Shown here piece after piece: positions 54,319 through 64,000 of a stretch of 64,000 bases of DNA (positions are counted from its first letter, which is position 1; every line of letters starts with the position of its first letter). The position numbers and the translations under genes are program-made. This stretch comes from Phycisphaera sp. RhM (GTDB taxonomy: Bacteria; Planctomycetota; Planctomycetia; Pirellulales; Pirellulaceae). The DNA lies in the NCBI GenBank assembly GCA_033042175.1, contig WCIL01000038.1:19226-83225 (forward strand), in the 5' to 3' direction. The notes beneath the pieces are model-generated. The model did not search any database and was not told where the DNA came from. It saw only the letters and a list, made by a program, of their open reading frames with translations.

Positions 54319-55560
54319 ATGTCTTTCTTCGATACCATTCGGATCGCGCTGAGGGCCTTGTTAAAAAACAAGATGCGCGCGGTGTTGACGATCGTCGGCG
54401 TGGTGATCGGGATCGCGGCGGTGACCACGATCGTGTCGATCGGTCAGGGCGCAAACCGTTTGGTGCAAGGTGAGCTGGAGAATCTCGGCACCAACGTGAT
54501 CTTTGTGATTCCGGGGCAGACCACCGACGGTGGCGTTCGCCAAAACGATGCGCCTTCGTTGACCGCCGCGGATGCCGCAGCGATCAGCATGGAATGTCCG
54601 GCGGTCTTGGCCGCATCACCGCTGGTGTTCACCGGCGGGCAGGTCATTTACGGCAATGAGAATTGGAGCCCCAAGGAGATGTTGGGTGTGGGCACGGACT
54701 TCTTGCAGGTCCGCAATTGGAGTCTTCAGGCCGGGTCGTTTTTCAGCGAAGCCGACATCGAGTCCAAGGCCAAGGTGTGTGTGATTGGTCAAACGTTGAT
54801 TCCAAAATTGTTTCGCACCACCAATCCGCTCGGCGAGACGCTGCGGGTCAACAATGTGCCCATTCGCGTGATCGGAATCCTGTCCAAGAAAGGGGCCAAC
54901 ATGGTCGGTGATGACCAGGACAATCTGTTGCTGATGCCGCAGACGACGGTGCGGAAGCGGTTGCTCGGGTCACCGATGGATAACATTCACGCGATCATGG
55001 TTTCGGCGCGCAGCACCAACCAGATGAGCACGGCGACGCGACAGATTCGCAATCTGTTGCTCGAGCGACATGACATCGCGCCGGGGGAGGAAGACGATTT
55101 CGACATCACGGACATGGAAGAGGTTGCCGGAACGTTGGGGATGATCACCGGGACGCTGACGCTGATGTTGTCGGCGATCGCGGGGATTTCGTTGGTCGTC
55201 GGGGGCGTCGGGATCATGAACATCATGTTGGTCTCGGTGACCGAACGGACGCGAGAGATCGGCATCCGGATGGCGCTCGGGGCGCGGGGCCGCGACATCT
55301 TGTGGCAGTTTCTGATCGAGTCGGTGGTGCTATCGAGCATCGGCGGGGTGATCGGATTGGCGCTCGGAACGGGCATGTCGATGGCGGCCACGATGTTGAT
55401 CAACGCCTACAAACCGGGGACGGAATGGCCGACGGTGGTTTCGTTTCCCGCGGCGCTGGTCGCGATGGGGTTTGCCGCGGCCGTCGGCGTGTTTTTCGGT
55501 TTTTATCCCGCTCGGCGGGCCAGCAAGTTGGACCCGATCGACGCACTCAGGTACGAGTAA
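54319..55560 (+). CDS. MacB/FtsX-type ABC transporter permease
   Basis: 'LRALLKNKMRAVLTIVGVVIGIAAV', a periplasmic domain, and the FtsX-like C-terminus 'ERTREIGIRMALGA' and 'YPARRASKLDPIDALRYE' are present. Confidence 0.9.
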   Translation: MSFFDTIRIALRALLKNKMRAVLTIVGVVIGIAAVTTIVSIGQGANRLVQGELENLGTNVIFVIPGQTTDGGVRQNDAPSLTAADAAAISMECPAVLAASPLVFTGGQVIYGNENWSPKEMLGVGTDFLQVRNWSLQAGSFFSEADIESKAKVCVIGQTLIPKLFRTTNPLGETLRVNNVPIRVIGILSKKGANMVGDDQDNLLLMPQTTVRKRLLGSPMDNIHAIMVSARSTNQMSTATRQIRNLLLERHDIAPGEEDDFDITDMEEVAGTLGMITGTLTLMLSAIAGISLVVGGVGIMNIMLVSVTERTREIGIRMALGARGRDILWQFLIESVVLSSIGGVIGLALGTGMSMAATMLINAYKPGTEWPTVVSFPAALVAMGFAAAVGVFFGFYPARRASKLDPIDALRYE

Positions 55561-55566
55561 CCCATC

Positions 55567-56295
<729 letters not shown>

Positions 56296-56320
56296 GGGGG
56301 ACGCGGCTTCCTGTCCGGCC

Positions 56321-56398
56321 ATCATTCTGCCCCGAATCATTCTGCCACCTCTCTTTTCCGGTACGGCAAATTGGCAGAATGATTCGGGGCAGAATGAT
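56321..56398. repeat. perfect 27-bp inverted repeat built from GGCAGAATGAT motifs
   Basis: atcattctgccccgaatcattctgcca (56321-56347) pairs with tggcagaatgattcggggcagaatgat (56372-56398), with a 24-nt loop. It lies between the ABC ATPase and sulfatase genes. Confidence 0.95.
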
Positions 56399-56457
56399 AT
56401 TGTTTGGACGAGCGGTTAAACTGGCTTGCTGTACGCTATCCCGTTGTCTCTCAATCC

Positions 56458-58470
56458 ATGCTTTCGATGATGCGTTCCTTTGCCACCTCACTCGCGTTTT
56501 TCGCGGTCCTGTTTGTCTCCACGGCCAGCGCCGAAACCAAGCCCAATGTGATCTTCATCCTGCTCGACGACATGGGGTGGGGGGACTTTGGAGTGTTGCA
56601 TCAAAATGATTCGACGCATTCGAAGCGTCACCACACGCCGATGTTGGATCGGATGGCCGCCGAAGGGATGCAGTTGCGTGACCATTATTGTCCGGCGCCG
56701 GTTTGTGCCCCCAGTCGTTCGTCGCTGTTGACGGGGGTGCATCAAGGCCATGCGGTGGTGCGTGACAATCAGTTTGACAAGGCGCTCGAAGACAATCACA
56801 CGCTTGCGACGGTGATGAAGGCGGCAGGATACAAGACTTGGTTGGTCGGCAAGTATGGTCTGCAGGGTGCAACCAACGGCCAGGACGACGATTGGACTCC
56901 GGCCGATTGGCCCGCTTACCCGACCAAGCGCGGGTTCGATGCGTTCTACGGCTATGTGCGCCACCGCGACGGTCACGTTCATTATCCGGCGGAAAACTGG
57001 AACCTGGGCGATAGCGAATCGCATCGCACGCCCAAGCAGATTTGGCACAACGATCAGGAGGTCAGCAAGGATTTGGCCAAGTGCTACACGACGGACCTGT
57101 TCGCCGCACGGAGTAAAGACTGGATCGCCAAGCATGTGCAAAGTGGTTCCCCAGAGCCGTTCTTTTTGTATCTCGCCTACGACACGCCACACGCGGCGCT
57201 TCAATTGCCATCGGTTGCGTTCCCCCAAGGCTACGGTCTGGACGGTGGATTGCAGTGGCTCGGCAAGCCGGGGTCGATGATCAACACCGCAGTCGGGACG
57301 GTGGACGGATATCGGCATCCCGACTACACCGGCAAGGGGTGGTCAGATGTCGAAGAACGTTTTGCGACGATGGTCCGCCGCATCGATCACAGCATCGGCG
57401 ACTTGTTGCAGACGTTGCGTGATCTATCGATCGACAAGAACACGCTGGTCGTCGTCAGTTGCGACAACGGTCCGCACCATGAGTCGTATTTGCGTGATGC
57501 GCAAGACAATCGCGTCAACTACACGCCACAATCCTTTCAGTCGTATGGTCCCTTTGACGGAACCAAACGGGATGTTTGGGAGGGTGGGATTCGTGTCGGC
57601 ACGTTGGCGTGGTGGCCCGGACAGGTGGCACCCGGATCGATCGATCGGTCACCCTCTCAGTTCCACGATTGGATGCCGACGTTTGCGCGTGCCGGCGGGA
57701 TCGCACCGCCGGCAAGAACGGACGGGGTTTCGTTATTGCCGACGCTGACAGGCAAGGGGACGCAGCGCCAAGGGCAGGTTTACATCGAGTATTTCAACGG
57801 CGGCAGAACACCCACGTACGGCGATTTTGATGCGTCGAAACGGAACCAGCGACGCCGGCAAATGCAGGTCGTGTTTGTCGATGGCTACAAGGGCGTGCGG
57901 GTTGATATCCAGGATCACAGCCAGCCGTTCGCGATTTATGATCTCAAAAACGATCCCAAAGAGCTTCATGACCTTGCCGGCACGGGCGATAAATTCGCCG
58001 AGTTGCAACAGAAGATGCATGACCGTGTGCTGCAGCTGCGCCGGGCCAATCCGTCGGCACCGCGGCCTTATGACGATGTGGCGATTCCGGCGGTGAACGT
58101 GAGCCAACAGGAAGGTTGGACGTATGACATTTACCCCGGGCCGTTTCCTTACGTGCCGGATGTCGACGAGCTGCAGCCGACCCGAACCGGGCGATCGGAT
58201 GAATTGTCCGTCGACGATGCCAAGGGAGCGGTTCGCTTTCGTGGCGTTTTTGTCGCCCCCGAAACCGGGATGTACGAAGTCACGTTGTCGGCCGGTTCAC
58301 GAACCTTTGCGCGGATTCATGACGCGGAGTTGATCGATGCCGATTTCGGTTTCGATCCCGGCCGAACGTATTCCACCACGATACGACTCGAAAAAGGCAT
58401 GCATCCGGTGACGGTCACGACGCTGGCTGACGGCGACGTGAATGTCGGCTTGGAGTGGAAACGGAAGTGA
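56458..58470 (+). CDS. Cys-type sulfatase (arylsulfatase family) with an extra C-terminal beta-domain
   Basis: The ATG at 56458 gives the signal peptide 'MLSMMRSFATSLAFFAVLFVSTASA'. 'PNVIFILLDDMGWGDFG' and the formylglycine motif 'CAPSRSSLLTG' are present. The C-terminal roughly 120 aa lie outside the sulfatase core. Confidence 0.9.
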   Translation: MLSMMRSFATSLAFFAVLFVSTASAETKPNVIFILLDDMGWGDFGVLHQNDSTHSKRHHTPMLDRMAAEGMQLRDHYCPAPVCAPSRSSLLTGVHQGHAVVRDNQFDKALEDNHTLATVMKAAGYKTWLVGKYGLQGATNGQDDDWTPADWPAYPTKRGFDAFYGYVRHRDGHVHYPAENWNLGDSESHRTPKQIWHNDQEVSKDLAKCYTTDLFAARSKDWIAKHVQSGSPEPFFLYLAYDTPHAALQLPSVAFPQGYGLDGGLQWLGKPGSMINTAVGTVDGYRHPDYTGKGWSDVEERFATMVRRIDHSIGDLLQTLRDLSIDKNTLVVVSCDNGPHHESYLRDAQDNRVNYTPQSFQSYGPFDGTKRDVWEGGIRVGTLAWWPGQVAPGSIDRSPSQFHDWMPTFARAGGIAPPARTDGVSLLPTLTGKGTQRQGQVYIEYFNGGRTPTYGDFDASKRNQRRRQMQVVFVDGYKGVRVDIQDHSQPFAIYDLKNDPKELHDLAGTGDKFAELQQKMHDRVLQLRRANPSAPRPYDDVAIPAVNVSQQEGWTYDIYPGPFPYVPDVDELQPTRTGRSDELSVDDAKGAVRFRGVFVAPETGMYEVTLSAGSRTFARIHDAELIDADFGFDPGRTYSTTIRLEKGMHPVTVTTLADGDVNVGLEWKRK

Positions 58471-58619
58471 TCTGGCTGGCGGGAAAATGGGGGCCGGAAA
58501 ATTGTTTGGGGGAGATCAGGCAGGAAAATGGGTGACAAGAAAACGAGAAGGACCTCGCCTGATTGTTATGTCAGGCGGGGTCCGTCGTTTCGCTGCCCCC
58601 ATGTTTCTGTCGCTGAGAT

Positions 58620-59318
58620 CTAGCGGCGGAAGATGCGTAGGGTCAGCAGCAGTTGATCTGAATCGAGATCCACGTTCAGGTTGCCGGCGGGGGCACCGCC
58701 AGCGATCGTTGTCAGGTTCGTGTTCGCATTGCCGAGATCGACGCGGCGATAGCCGAAATCCAGTTCGACGTTGGACAGCAGCTTGCACGTCAGTCCGACA
58801 CCGAATTGGTAGGCGAGGTCATCGTCCTCTTTGACGCTGGAGACGACACCGTCGTTTGCGGCGAATTCAAAGTGCGACCAGCCCAGGCCGCCACCGGCGT
58901 AGACTTCGAAGTTGTCGCTGATCGGTTTGTCGATCCAAATGTTGCTCAGTCCGCTCCAGCGCTCGGTGAACGCACCGCGGTAAAAGAACGTGTACGGTCC
59001 CGGAGGTCCGGGGAAGCTGTTGAGCGTGAATTGCGAATCGTCGTAGAACGTGTATTGGGACTCCAGGCGGATCTGGTAGTCACAGTGGTCGTATTCCCGT
59101 CCATAGGCGAATCCGTACCCTTCGTTGGTTTCATGTTCGATTCCCGACGCGTCGAAGTTTCCGTTGGTATTGCGTCCGGAGCCTTCCATGGTCAGGAAAT
59201 CGCCTGCGAAGGAACCCGACAGGTAACAGTTCGTGAAATCAAACATCTGTGCGGAGGCCGACGAGAGTCCGACGACGGACATCACGAGCGTGAGAAACAG
59301 TTTTTGTCCGAGACGCAT
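58620..59318 (-). CDS. small outer-membrane beta-barrel protein (OmpA-like barrel / opacity-porin type)
   Basis: The internal Met (CAT at 59316-59318) gives the signal peptide 'MRLGQKLFLTLVMSVVGLSSASA'. Alternating aromatic/Gly beta-strand patterns are seen, such as 'YAGGGLGW', 'YQFGVGL' and 'LDFGYRR'. Confidence 0.65.
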   Translation of the reverse strand: MRLGQKLFLTLVMSVVGLSSASAQMFDFTNCYLSGSFAGDFLTMEGSGRNTNGNFDASGIEHETNEGYGFAYGREYDHCDYQIRLESQYTFYDDSQFTLNSFPGPPGPYTFFYRGAFTERWSGLSNIWIDKPISDNFEVYAGGGLGWSHFEFAANDGVVSSVKEDDDLAYQFGVGLTCKLLSNVELDFGYRRVDLGNANTNLTTIAGGAPAGNLNVDLDSDQLLLTLRIFRR

Positions 59319-59707
59319 GTCCGAATCCTTTCGATGGGGGAATTTCGATGTGGGAAAGCAGTCACCAATCTGTCCGCAGGAAAAAGCATCCCAGCTCCCC
59401 CGCACTAAGGGATTTCGGGCGTTGCCCCCCCCTGGGTTGGCGAAATTAATTCTGCCCCGTCTAACGTGGACCACCGCGTCGCTTTGACCAATCGATACGG
59501 TTTACCGCCCAGACCGGAGAATCGCCGACAGGCCGGTGATTTTCGGGGGGATGACCGTCCGCGGGTTCGCCTGCAGGCGGTTTGGGTTACACTAGCGCGA
59601 CTCGAATCGGACAATGGGAAAAGGGGGGGCGTCCCCGTGCAAGCCGGTCGCGCACGGCTGAGATTCAAGCAACGCTAACGTGACACGATCGTCGACGAAA
59701 AGGTTAC

Positions 59708-60760
59708 ATGTCTGGACAACTTCAATCAGCAGCACAGGATCACACGGCACTGAATCCCCCACCGCCGAGTCACCCATCACAAGGCGATCTTTCGGGTGAT
59801 GATGTCAACGCGATCGATCGGTTGCAGCAGGCGTATGCCGATTTGCGCCGCGAGCTGTCTCGCGTCATCGTCGGTCAAGCCGAAGCAATCGAACAATTGG
59901 CGATCTGTTTTTTCGCCCGCCGCAATGCGTTGCTGGTCGGGGTGCCGGGGTTGGCCAAAACGCTGTTGGTCGGCAAATTCGCCGAGACGTTGTCGCTGAG
60001 TTTCAGTCGGATTCAGTTCACGCCGGACTTGATGCCGATGGACATCACCGGGACCGACATCCTGCAAGACACGGCCGAGGGACGGCGTGAATTCCAGTTC
60101 GTCCGTGGTCCCGTGTTTGCAAACGTGGTGCTGGCCGACGAAATCAACCGGGCTCCGCCGAAAACTCAGGCGGCGTTGTTGGAAGCGATGCAGGAAGGCA
60201 ACGTGACCGTGCTGGGCAAAGAGTTTGCCCTGCCATCGCCCTTCATGGTCTTGGCGACCCAGAATCCGGTCGAGCAGGAGGGGACGTATCCGTTGCCCGA
60301 AGCGCAGCTGGATCGTTTCATGTCTTTGATCGAACTGGGCTATCCCAGCGAAGCGGAAGAAATCCAGATCGCACGGATGACCACCGGGGAGCGTCAGCCG
60401 GTCTTGGATTCGCTGCTGTCGGTCGAACAAATCCTAAGCCACCAAGAAGTCGTTCGCCGCGTCCCGGTGCCCGATCACCTTTACGAATTCGCCGCCAAAC
60501 TGGTGCGTCAGACGCGGCCCGATGGCGGCACGGCACCGGATTGGCTGATCCCGCTGGTCGCCTGGGGCGCCGGACCACGCGCGGTGCAGAGTTTGATTCT
60601 GGGGGCAAAAAGCCGAGCGGCGCTCTACGGCAGCTACATGGTTCGCCAAGAAGACATCCTGGCCGTCGCATCGCCGGTGCTTTCGCACCGATTGGTTTTG
60701 ACCTTCGCCGCACAAGCCGAACGCATCACCGCCCGTGAGATCATTGCGAAGTTGATTTGA
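59708..60760 (+). CDS. MoxR-family AAA+ ATPase
   Basis: 'LLVGVPGLAKTLLV', 'RIQFTPDLMPMDITG', 'VLADEINRAPPKTQAALLEAM' and 'VLATQNP' are present. Confidence 0.95.
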   Translation: MSGQLQSAAQDHTALNPPPPSHPSQGDLSGDDVNAIDRLQQAYADLRRELSRVIVGQAEAIEQLAICFFARRNALLVGVPGLAKTLLVGKFAETLSLSFSRIQFTPDLMPMDITGTDILQDTAEGRREFQFVRGPVFANVVLADEINRAPPKTQAALLEAMQEGNVTVLGKEFALPSPFMVLATQNPVEQEGTYPLPEAQLDRFMSLIELGYPSEAEEIQIARMTTGERQPVLDSLLSVEQILSHQEVVRRVPVPDHLYEFAAKLVRQTRPDGGTAPDWLIPLVAWGAGPRAVQSLILGAKSRAALYGSYMVRQEDILAVASPVLSHRLVLTFAAQAERITAREIIAKLI

Positions 60761-60788
60761 GTTTCAAGTTTCAAGTTTCAAGTTTCAA
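60761..60788 (+). repeat. perfect heptanucleotide tandem repeat (GTTTCAA)x4
   Basis: It starts at the first nucleotide after the MoxR TGA (60758-60760), in the 97-nt spacer before the DUF58 gene. Confidence 0.95.
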
Positions 60789-60857
60789 GATTTGTTGACG
60801 GGGTGGGGTGCGGACTACTGAACCGAACGTCTGGATGTTTTTACTTTTGTCACACGC

Positions 60858-61769
60858 ATGATCGAACCCGGTTCTGACCCCGATGCCGTAACGGAATCGT
60901 TTTTCGATCCCGTGCTCGCGGAGCGTTTGTCGGCAATTCCGTTGACGACGCGGCGGCCGATGTTGGGCACCGTTTCGGGGCGGCACCAGAGTCCGCATCG
61001 CGGATCGAGTGTTGAGTTTGCCGAGTACCGACGTTATCAGCCCGGCGATGATTTGAGACGATTGGATTGGCGAGCTTACGGGCGCAGCGACCGTTACTAT
61101 GTCAAGGAATTCGAAGCCGACACCAATTTGCGTCTGGTCTTGGTCCTCGACGGCAGCGGATCGATGGGGTTCGGAGACAAGCTGCAGGCGGCGCGGCAGA
61201 TCGCAGCCACGCTCGCCTACATCGCGATTCGTCAAGGCGATGCCGCGGGATTGATCTGTGCCGGCGACGCCGGATCGGAATTGTTGCCGCCGCGGCGGAT
61301 TGCCGGCCAGGTGTCGGTGTTGTTCGAGCGGTTGCGCAACCTGCAAGCCGACGGGGTGACGACCCTGGAAGAAACCCTTCATCAGTTGGCCGAAACGATT
61401 CGTGAACGCGCCTTGATCGTCGTGATCTCCGATCTGTTGCTCGAACCGCCCACGCTCCGCAGCGCGGTCGAGCACTTGGCATTTCGCAAACACGATGTCG
61501 CCGTCTTTCATTTGATGGATCCGCTCGAGTTGCAACCCGATTGGGATCGACCGATACGATTGGACGACATGGAGGGCGATGAGTCGATCTTGGTCGATCC
61601 CGATGAGATCGCCGCCGGCTACGCCGAGGCCGTCCAGGACTTTCTCGAAGAAGTCGAACGGATCAGTCGCGAAACGGCGGTCGACTATCACCGTGTGATG
61701 TTGGACCGGCCGATCGAAGAGTCGCTGATGGGTTTTTTGGCCGGGCGAGGAAGAGATTCGGCTGTATGA
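60858..61769 (+). CDS. DUF58-domain protein (MoxR-associated, VWA-like)
   Basis: 'HRGSSVEFAEYRRYQPGDDLRRLDWRAYGRSDRYYVKEFE' is the canonical DUF58 motif. Confidence 0.9.
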   Translation: MIEPGSDPDAVTESFFDPVLAERLSAIPLTTRRPMLGTVSGRHQSPHRGSSVEFAEYRRYQPGDDLRRLDWRAYGRSDRYYVKEFEADTNLRLVLVLDGSGSMGFGDKLQAARQIAATLAYIAIRQGDAAGLICAGDAGSELLPPRRIAGQVSVLFERLRNLQADGVTTLEETLHQLAETIRERALIVVISDLLLEPPTLRSAVEHLAFRKHDVAVFHLMDPLELQPDWDRPIRLDDMEGDESILVDPDEIAAGYAEAVQDFLEEVERISRETAVDYHRVMLDRPIEESLMGFLAGRGRDSAV

Positions 61770-63745
61770 GCTTTCTGAGACTCGGAGCACTGTGGGCTCT
61801 TCCGCTGGTTCTGATCCCGATCGTGATTCATCTGATTCACCGTCGCAGGCATCCCACTGCGCCGTGGGCGGCGATGATGTTTCTGCGCCGCGCCAACCAA
61901 GCACGTCGTGGTCCGGCAAAGCTGAGACGATGGTTGATTCTTGCCGTGCGAACCTTGGTCGTCGCGGCTGTCGTGTTCGCACTGGCGCGTCCACTTTCCA
62001 GTGGCATGTTCGGCGTCGCGGCCAGTCGTGTCGTTTCCGGGGCGCCTTCGGTCGTGGTCTTGGATCGCTCGGCCAGCATGCAGCGTCGAACCGAGTCTGG
62101 GTTGACCCACCAAGCCGCCGCACTGCGCCGCGTCGCGGAGACCCTGCGGACGTTGGGCGCCGAGCGTGTGGTGGTGATTGACAGTGTCAGCGTCGCACCG
62201 ATCGAGTTGACGGATGTCGATGCGTTGACCGATCCACAGCTCACCGGCGGGGCGGCGTCCGCGGCAGACGTGCCAAAAATGTTGCGCGTCGCGATGCAGT
62301 ACTTGATCGATCACGATCATCCGGTCGCCGACGTTTGGGTCTGCAGCGATGGTCAAGTGAACGATTGGCGTCCCGATGCCGAGTCGTGGAGCCGAGTTGC
62401 CCAGGCGGCCCGATCCTTGGGTGACGGCGTTCGTCTGCATCTGGTGGACGTTGCCGATGATCCACGCGTGAACACTTCGGTGGTGTTGGCTCGCCAACGC
62501 GTCATCGATGCAGGTCCAGGCAAGGAACTGGCGGTTTCGGTGCTCGTCGAGCGACAGGACGACGCGTCGGTCGTCGTTCCGCTGCGTCTGGTGATCGGGG
62601 GTGTCACCCAATCCTTCGAGGTTCAGGTCGACGGTGGACGCGGGGAATTGATTGATGCACGCGTCCCGGTGCCGGAAGACCAGGACGTCATCTACGGCCA
62701 GGTTTCGATTCCGGCGGACGTGAACGCCGCGGATGATGATTGGTTTTTTGTCGCGGCTGCCGACCAGGATCGTCCCATCGGGTTGGTCACCGAGTCGCCG
62801 TGTTTGGCCTTGGAGGTGGCCGCGGACGTGCTGGGCAACGTGGTGCCTGCCGAGGGCGGGGCAGGGCAGGGGAGTCGTTTGCAACAACCGGGACAACTGC
62901 CCGGCGGTGTGGCGTGTTTGATCTGGCAGGGACAGCTGCCCGTCGGCGACGATGCCGCGGCGGTCACGCGGTTTCTCGGGAGCGGCGGGAGCGTGGTTTT
63001 TTTTCCACCGTCCGATGTCGACCGCGGGATCGAGTTCCAAGGCGTCCGTTGGGGGCAATGGACTCGGGGCACCGTTCGGCAGGCAAGCTTTGATCAGTGG
63101 GAATTGCCGATCGCCGCCTCGTGTTCCCTCGACGGCCAGACGGTGCGATTGGCGGAGATCGAAGACGGGGAACTTTGGATCGGAAAGATTCGCGTCGGCG
63201 GTGGAGCCGCTTGGTTTTGCGGAGCCGACGTGATCGACCCTGATAGCTTGTTCGTCAAGGATGGATTGGTGCTGTATGGATTGGTGTCCGAAGCGATTGA
63301 CGCCAGCCCGCTGCAGATTGCCGGCGATGGCGGAATCGTGGCGGGAACAGATGACCGCCGTCTGCAAACCGGGGCGGATGCATTGAGTGAAACGGCAGAC
63401 ATCGAAACGCTGCTTGCCCGCGACGAAGCGATCGGCATGCCACTGGGGCACGGCGCCGGGGTGTTTGCGATGAGGCACTTCACCGAAAGTGCACCGCGTT
63501 TGGTCGCGGTCAATCGGCCCGCGGCTGAATCCAATCGCCAGACGGTCTCCGACGCGCAGCTCCAGGGGCTGCTGGGCGATGTTCGCTGGAACCGCGTGGT
63601 CCTACGCGGTCCCCAAGCCGACTCCGACGGCGGGCTGGTGCATGAGATCTGGGGCATGATCTGGGTGATGATGATCATCGGGATGTTGTGCGAAGCCTGG
63701 TTGACATTGCCGGGGCGGGTACGAGGTGAGTCGCGATGGTTTTGA
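61766..63745 (+). CDS. BatA-N (aerotolerance regulator N-terminal) domain membrane protein
   Basis: 'MSFLRLGALWALPLVLIPIVIHLIHRRRH' is present, with a C-terminal TM. It overlaps the DUF58 stop by 4 nt. Confidence 0.8.
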   Translation: MSFLRLGALWALPLVLIPIVIHLIHRRRHPTAPWAAMMFLRRANQARRGPAKLRRWLILAVRTLVVAAVVFALARPLSSGMFGVAASRVVSGAPSVVVLDRSASMQRRTESGLTHQAAALRRVAETLRTLGAERVVVIDSVSVAPIELTDVDALTDPQLTGGAASAADVPKMLRVAMQYLIDHDHPVADVWVCSDGQVNDWRPDAESWSRVAQAARSLGDGVRLHLVDVADDPRVNTSVVLARQRVIDAGPGKELAVSVLVERQDDASVVVPLRLVIGGVTQSFEVQVDGGRGELIDARVPVPEDQDVIYGQVSIPADVNAADDDWFFVAAADQDRPIGLVTESPCLALEVAADVLGNVVPAEGGAGQGSRLQQPGQLPGGVACLIWQGQLPVGDDAAAVTRFLGSGGSVVFFPPSDVDRGIEFQGVRWGQWTRGTVRQASFDQWELPIAASCSLDGQTVRLAEIEDGELWIGKIRVGGGAAWFCGADVIDPDSLFVKDGLVLYGLVSEAIDASPLQIAGDGGIVAGTDDRRLQTGADALSETADIETLLARDEAIGMPLGHGAGVFAMRHFTESAPRLVAVNRPAAESNRQTVSDAQLQGLLGDVRWNRVVLRGPQADSDGGLVHEIWGMIWVMMIIGMLCEAWLTLPGRVRGESRWF

Positions 63746-64000
63746 TTTCTGCTGCGGCGATCATCGCTGTGATTTGGTTCGCATTGACCGCCTGGCGACG
63801 AAGTGGTCATCGTTGGCGTGTCGCCGTGGTCGAGTGCTTGCGCGTCGTTTTGGTGACCGTCGCGATCGCGCTGCTGTGGCAACCCGAGACGACGTACCAT
63901 GTTGATTCGGATCGCAAGGGAGAAGTCGTCTTGTTGATCGATCGCTCGGGCAGCATGCAAACACGTGATGTTCCATCCGAACTCCGGTCGGCCAGTCGTC
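63736..64000 (+). CDS. VWA-domain membrane protein (BatB-like), 3'-truncated by the window edge
   Basis: This ORF is not in the supplied track because it has no stop in the window. My translation from the ATG at 63736 is 'MVLISAAAIIAVIWFALTAW...VVLVTVAIALLW...VVLLIDRSGSMQTRDV', which contains the VWA MIDAS start DxSxS. It overlaps the previous gene by 10 nt. Confidence 0.65.
   Translation, partial: MVLISAAAIIAVIWFALTAWRRSGHRWRVAVVECLRVVLVTVAIALLWQPETTYHVDSDRKGEVVLLIDRSGSMQTRDVPSELRSASR

Overview
High-GC chromosomal segment that looks like Planctomycetota, probably Pirellulaceae (Rhodopirellula-like). The evidence is a DUF1559 prepilin-like protein, a Cys-type sulfatase, a MoxR-DUF58-BatA-VWA operon and many short dispersed intergenic repeats. 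This attribution is by eye, with no search run. Most of the window is housekeeping. It holds hisD-hisC-[J-like protein]-[Hsp70]-hisB on the minus strand, thiC, dapB, lspA, a fused ccsBA, putA, ffh-rpsP-trmD-rplS, a MacAB-like efflux operon and a sulfatase. I found no rRNA, tRNA, CRISPR array, integrase or transposase.

The regions worth a second look are:
1. 42.4-48.9 kb: a degenerate kinase-like membrane protein, a secreted protein of unknown function, and a frameshifted giant gene that fuses Zn-ribbon, FHA-like, ABC ATPase, ABC-2 permease and alpha/beta-hydrolase modules.
2. 33.4-35.7 kb: a lower-GC islet in which two about 335-bp direct repeats (MITE-like, apparently non-coding) bracket a ParE/RelE-type toxin-antitoxin pair.
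3. 3.3-7.3 kb: a lid-less Hsp70 coupled to an HPD-less J-like membrane protein, sitting inside the his gene string.
4. 22.6-24.2 kb: a tail-anchored protein with an excisionase-type HTH and a roughly 450-aa polyacidic region.
5. 35.7-41.4 kb: an orphan GspE ATPase, a giant M50 protease and a membrane protein in one string.
6. Perfect short tandem repeats (four 7-nt arrays, a 16-mer array, and duplications that contain stop codons) that abut stop codons between co-directional genes, plus several REP-like palindromic families.

All functional calls come from motifs read in the supplied translations. No database search or computation was possible.
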